Positions 15,354 through 15,961 of a DNA stretch of 15,961 nt are shown here, in pieces. The stretch spans positions 1 through 15,961 of the forward strand of contig JBJKQR010000059.1 in assembly GCA_046735395.1 (NCBI GenBank), written 5' to 3'. The stretch is from Fidelibacterota bacterium. Its GTDB lineage: Bacteria; Fidelibacterota; Fidelibacteria; Fidelibacterales; DSDE01. The translations under genes and the position numbers were made by a program. The stretch's first letter is position 1, and every line of letters begins with the position of its first letter. The notes below the pieces were generated by a model, which made no database searches, was not told where the DNA came from, and worked only from the letters and a program-made list of their open reading frames with translations.

Positions 15354-15961
15354 TTCTTCTGCCTCAGCAGCAGGGAGGGATCATTGGAAATCTCACGGGC
15401 GAATTCGTTCAGATTTTCGATGGCGTCACGCAGCGTACTGAGCGTCACCAGCAGGTCGTCCCGTCCCCGGATTATCGTCAGGTCCACATGATTGAAGGTT
15501 GTGTTGATGAGCGCGACCGTCTCATTGATATTCTTAACCAGTCCCTGTACGTCCGTTGCCGCCAGGTCTGCGGAAAAGGACTTCAGATTTTTCAGAAGCG
15601 TATCGGCATCGGCTCCGGTCCTGTCCACCTGCCGGCTCAGTTTGCCCATGGTTCCGGCTGCCTGATCGCTCACAACCACCAGGCGGCCGCTCAGCGAATC
15701 CATATTTGACATGAAGCGGTGGACATGGTCCCGGTTCTCCGAAAGCATCCCGTTCATCTCAGTAAGGATGCCCTCCGCCTTCTTCCGGTTTTCCTCCCGG
15801 GACAGCTTGTTCAGATCATCCAGAAATTTGTTCAGCTTGTATTTCGTATCATCCGAGGTCAGATCGCGGATATTGGTCAGAAATTCCTTTACCAGCTTCG
15901 TATTCTCATCGCTGCTCATCTCATTGATATTATTCAGAATATCTTCAAATTTGTAACGATT
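15350..15961 (-). CDS. mlaD: MCE/MlaD family protein, C-terminal helical region (5' end beyond the window)
   Basis: The frame stays open to the right edge (NRYKFEDILNNINEMSS...). It has a long heptad-rich helical region and the typical MCE/PqiB-like tail LNEFAREISNDPSLLLR, and lies upstream of PqiC-like, mlaE and mlaF genes. The MCE domain itself is outside the window. Confidence 0.8.
   Translation of the reverse strand, partial: NRYKFEDILNNINEMSSDENTKLVKEFLTNIRDLTSDDTKYKLNKFLDDLNKLSREENRKKAEGILTEMNGMLSENRDHVHRFMSNMDSLSGRLVVVSDQAAGTMGKLSRQVDRTGADADTLLKNLKSFSADLAATDVQGLVKNINETVALINTTFNHVDLTIIRGRDDLLVTLSTLRDAIENLNEFAREISNDPSLLLRQKK

Noticed and set aside
558..15956. Many long plus-strand ORFs (e.g. 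879-1586, 1662-2396, 3592-4659, 10133-10900, 11361-12071, 14661-15491)
   Set aside because: They lie antisense to well-supported minus-strand genes and contain no recognisable motifs. They are shadow ORFs expected from codon bias.
2820..15961. A single system in which the MCE transporter traffics lipids made by the GGR
   Set aside because: The two loci are about 7 kb apart and separated by a tRNA, a terminator and separate promoters. Nothing in the sequence links them beyond a lipid theme.

Overview
This is a gene-dense chromosomal segment of a diderm bacterium. An anaerobic FCB-superphylum lineage such as Marinimicrobia, Cloacimonadota or KSB1 is a plausible source, but that is inference only. 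Every supported gene is on the minus strand. Reading right to left there are four blocks. (1) An MCE/Mla-type lipid transport operon: partial MlaD, a 711-aa PqiC-like lipoprotein with a probable C-terminal beta-barrel, STAS-fused MlaE, and MlaF. (2) tRNA-Gly(GCC) with its own sigma70 promoter and terminator, followed by a short ~19-bp tandem repeat. (3) A UshA-like metallophosphoesterase-fold lipoprotein with a CGC motif. (4) A long, tightly packed mixed-function run: degenerate ABC ATPase, pcm, RidA, a small membrane protein, an NSS transporter, a YfiM-like protein, purF, a 59-aa 2[4Fe-4S] ferredoxin missed by the ORF track, an archaeal-type geranylgeranyl reductase, and an exonuclease-DinG helicase that runs off the left edge. 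I see no mobile elements or CRISPR arrays. The best leads are the archaeal-like ferredoxin-GGR pair and the PqiC/beta-barrel fusion in the MCE operon. All family assignments come from motif recognition by eye, not database searches.
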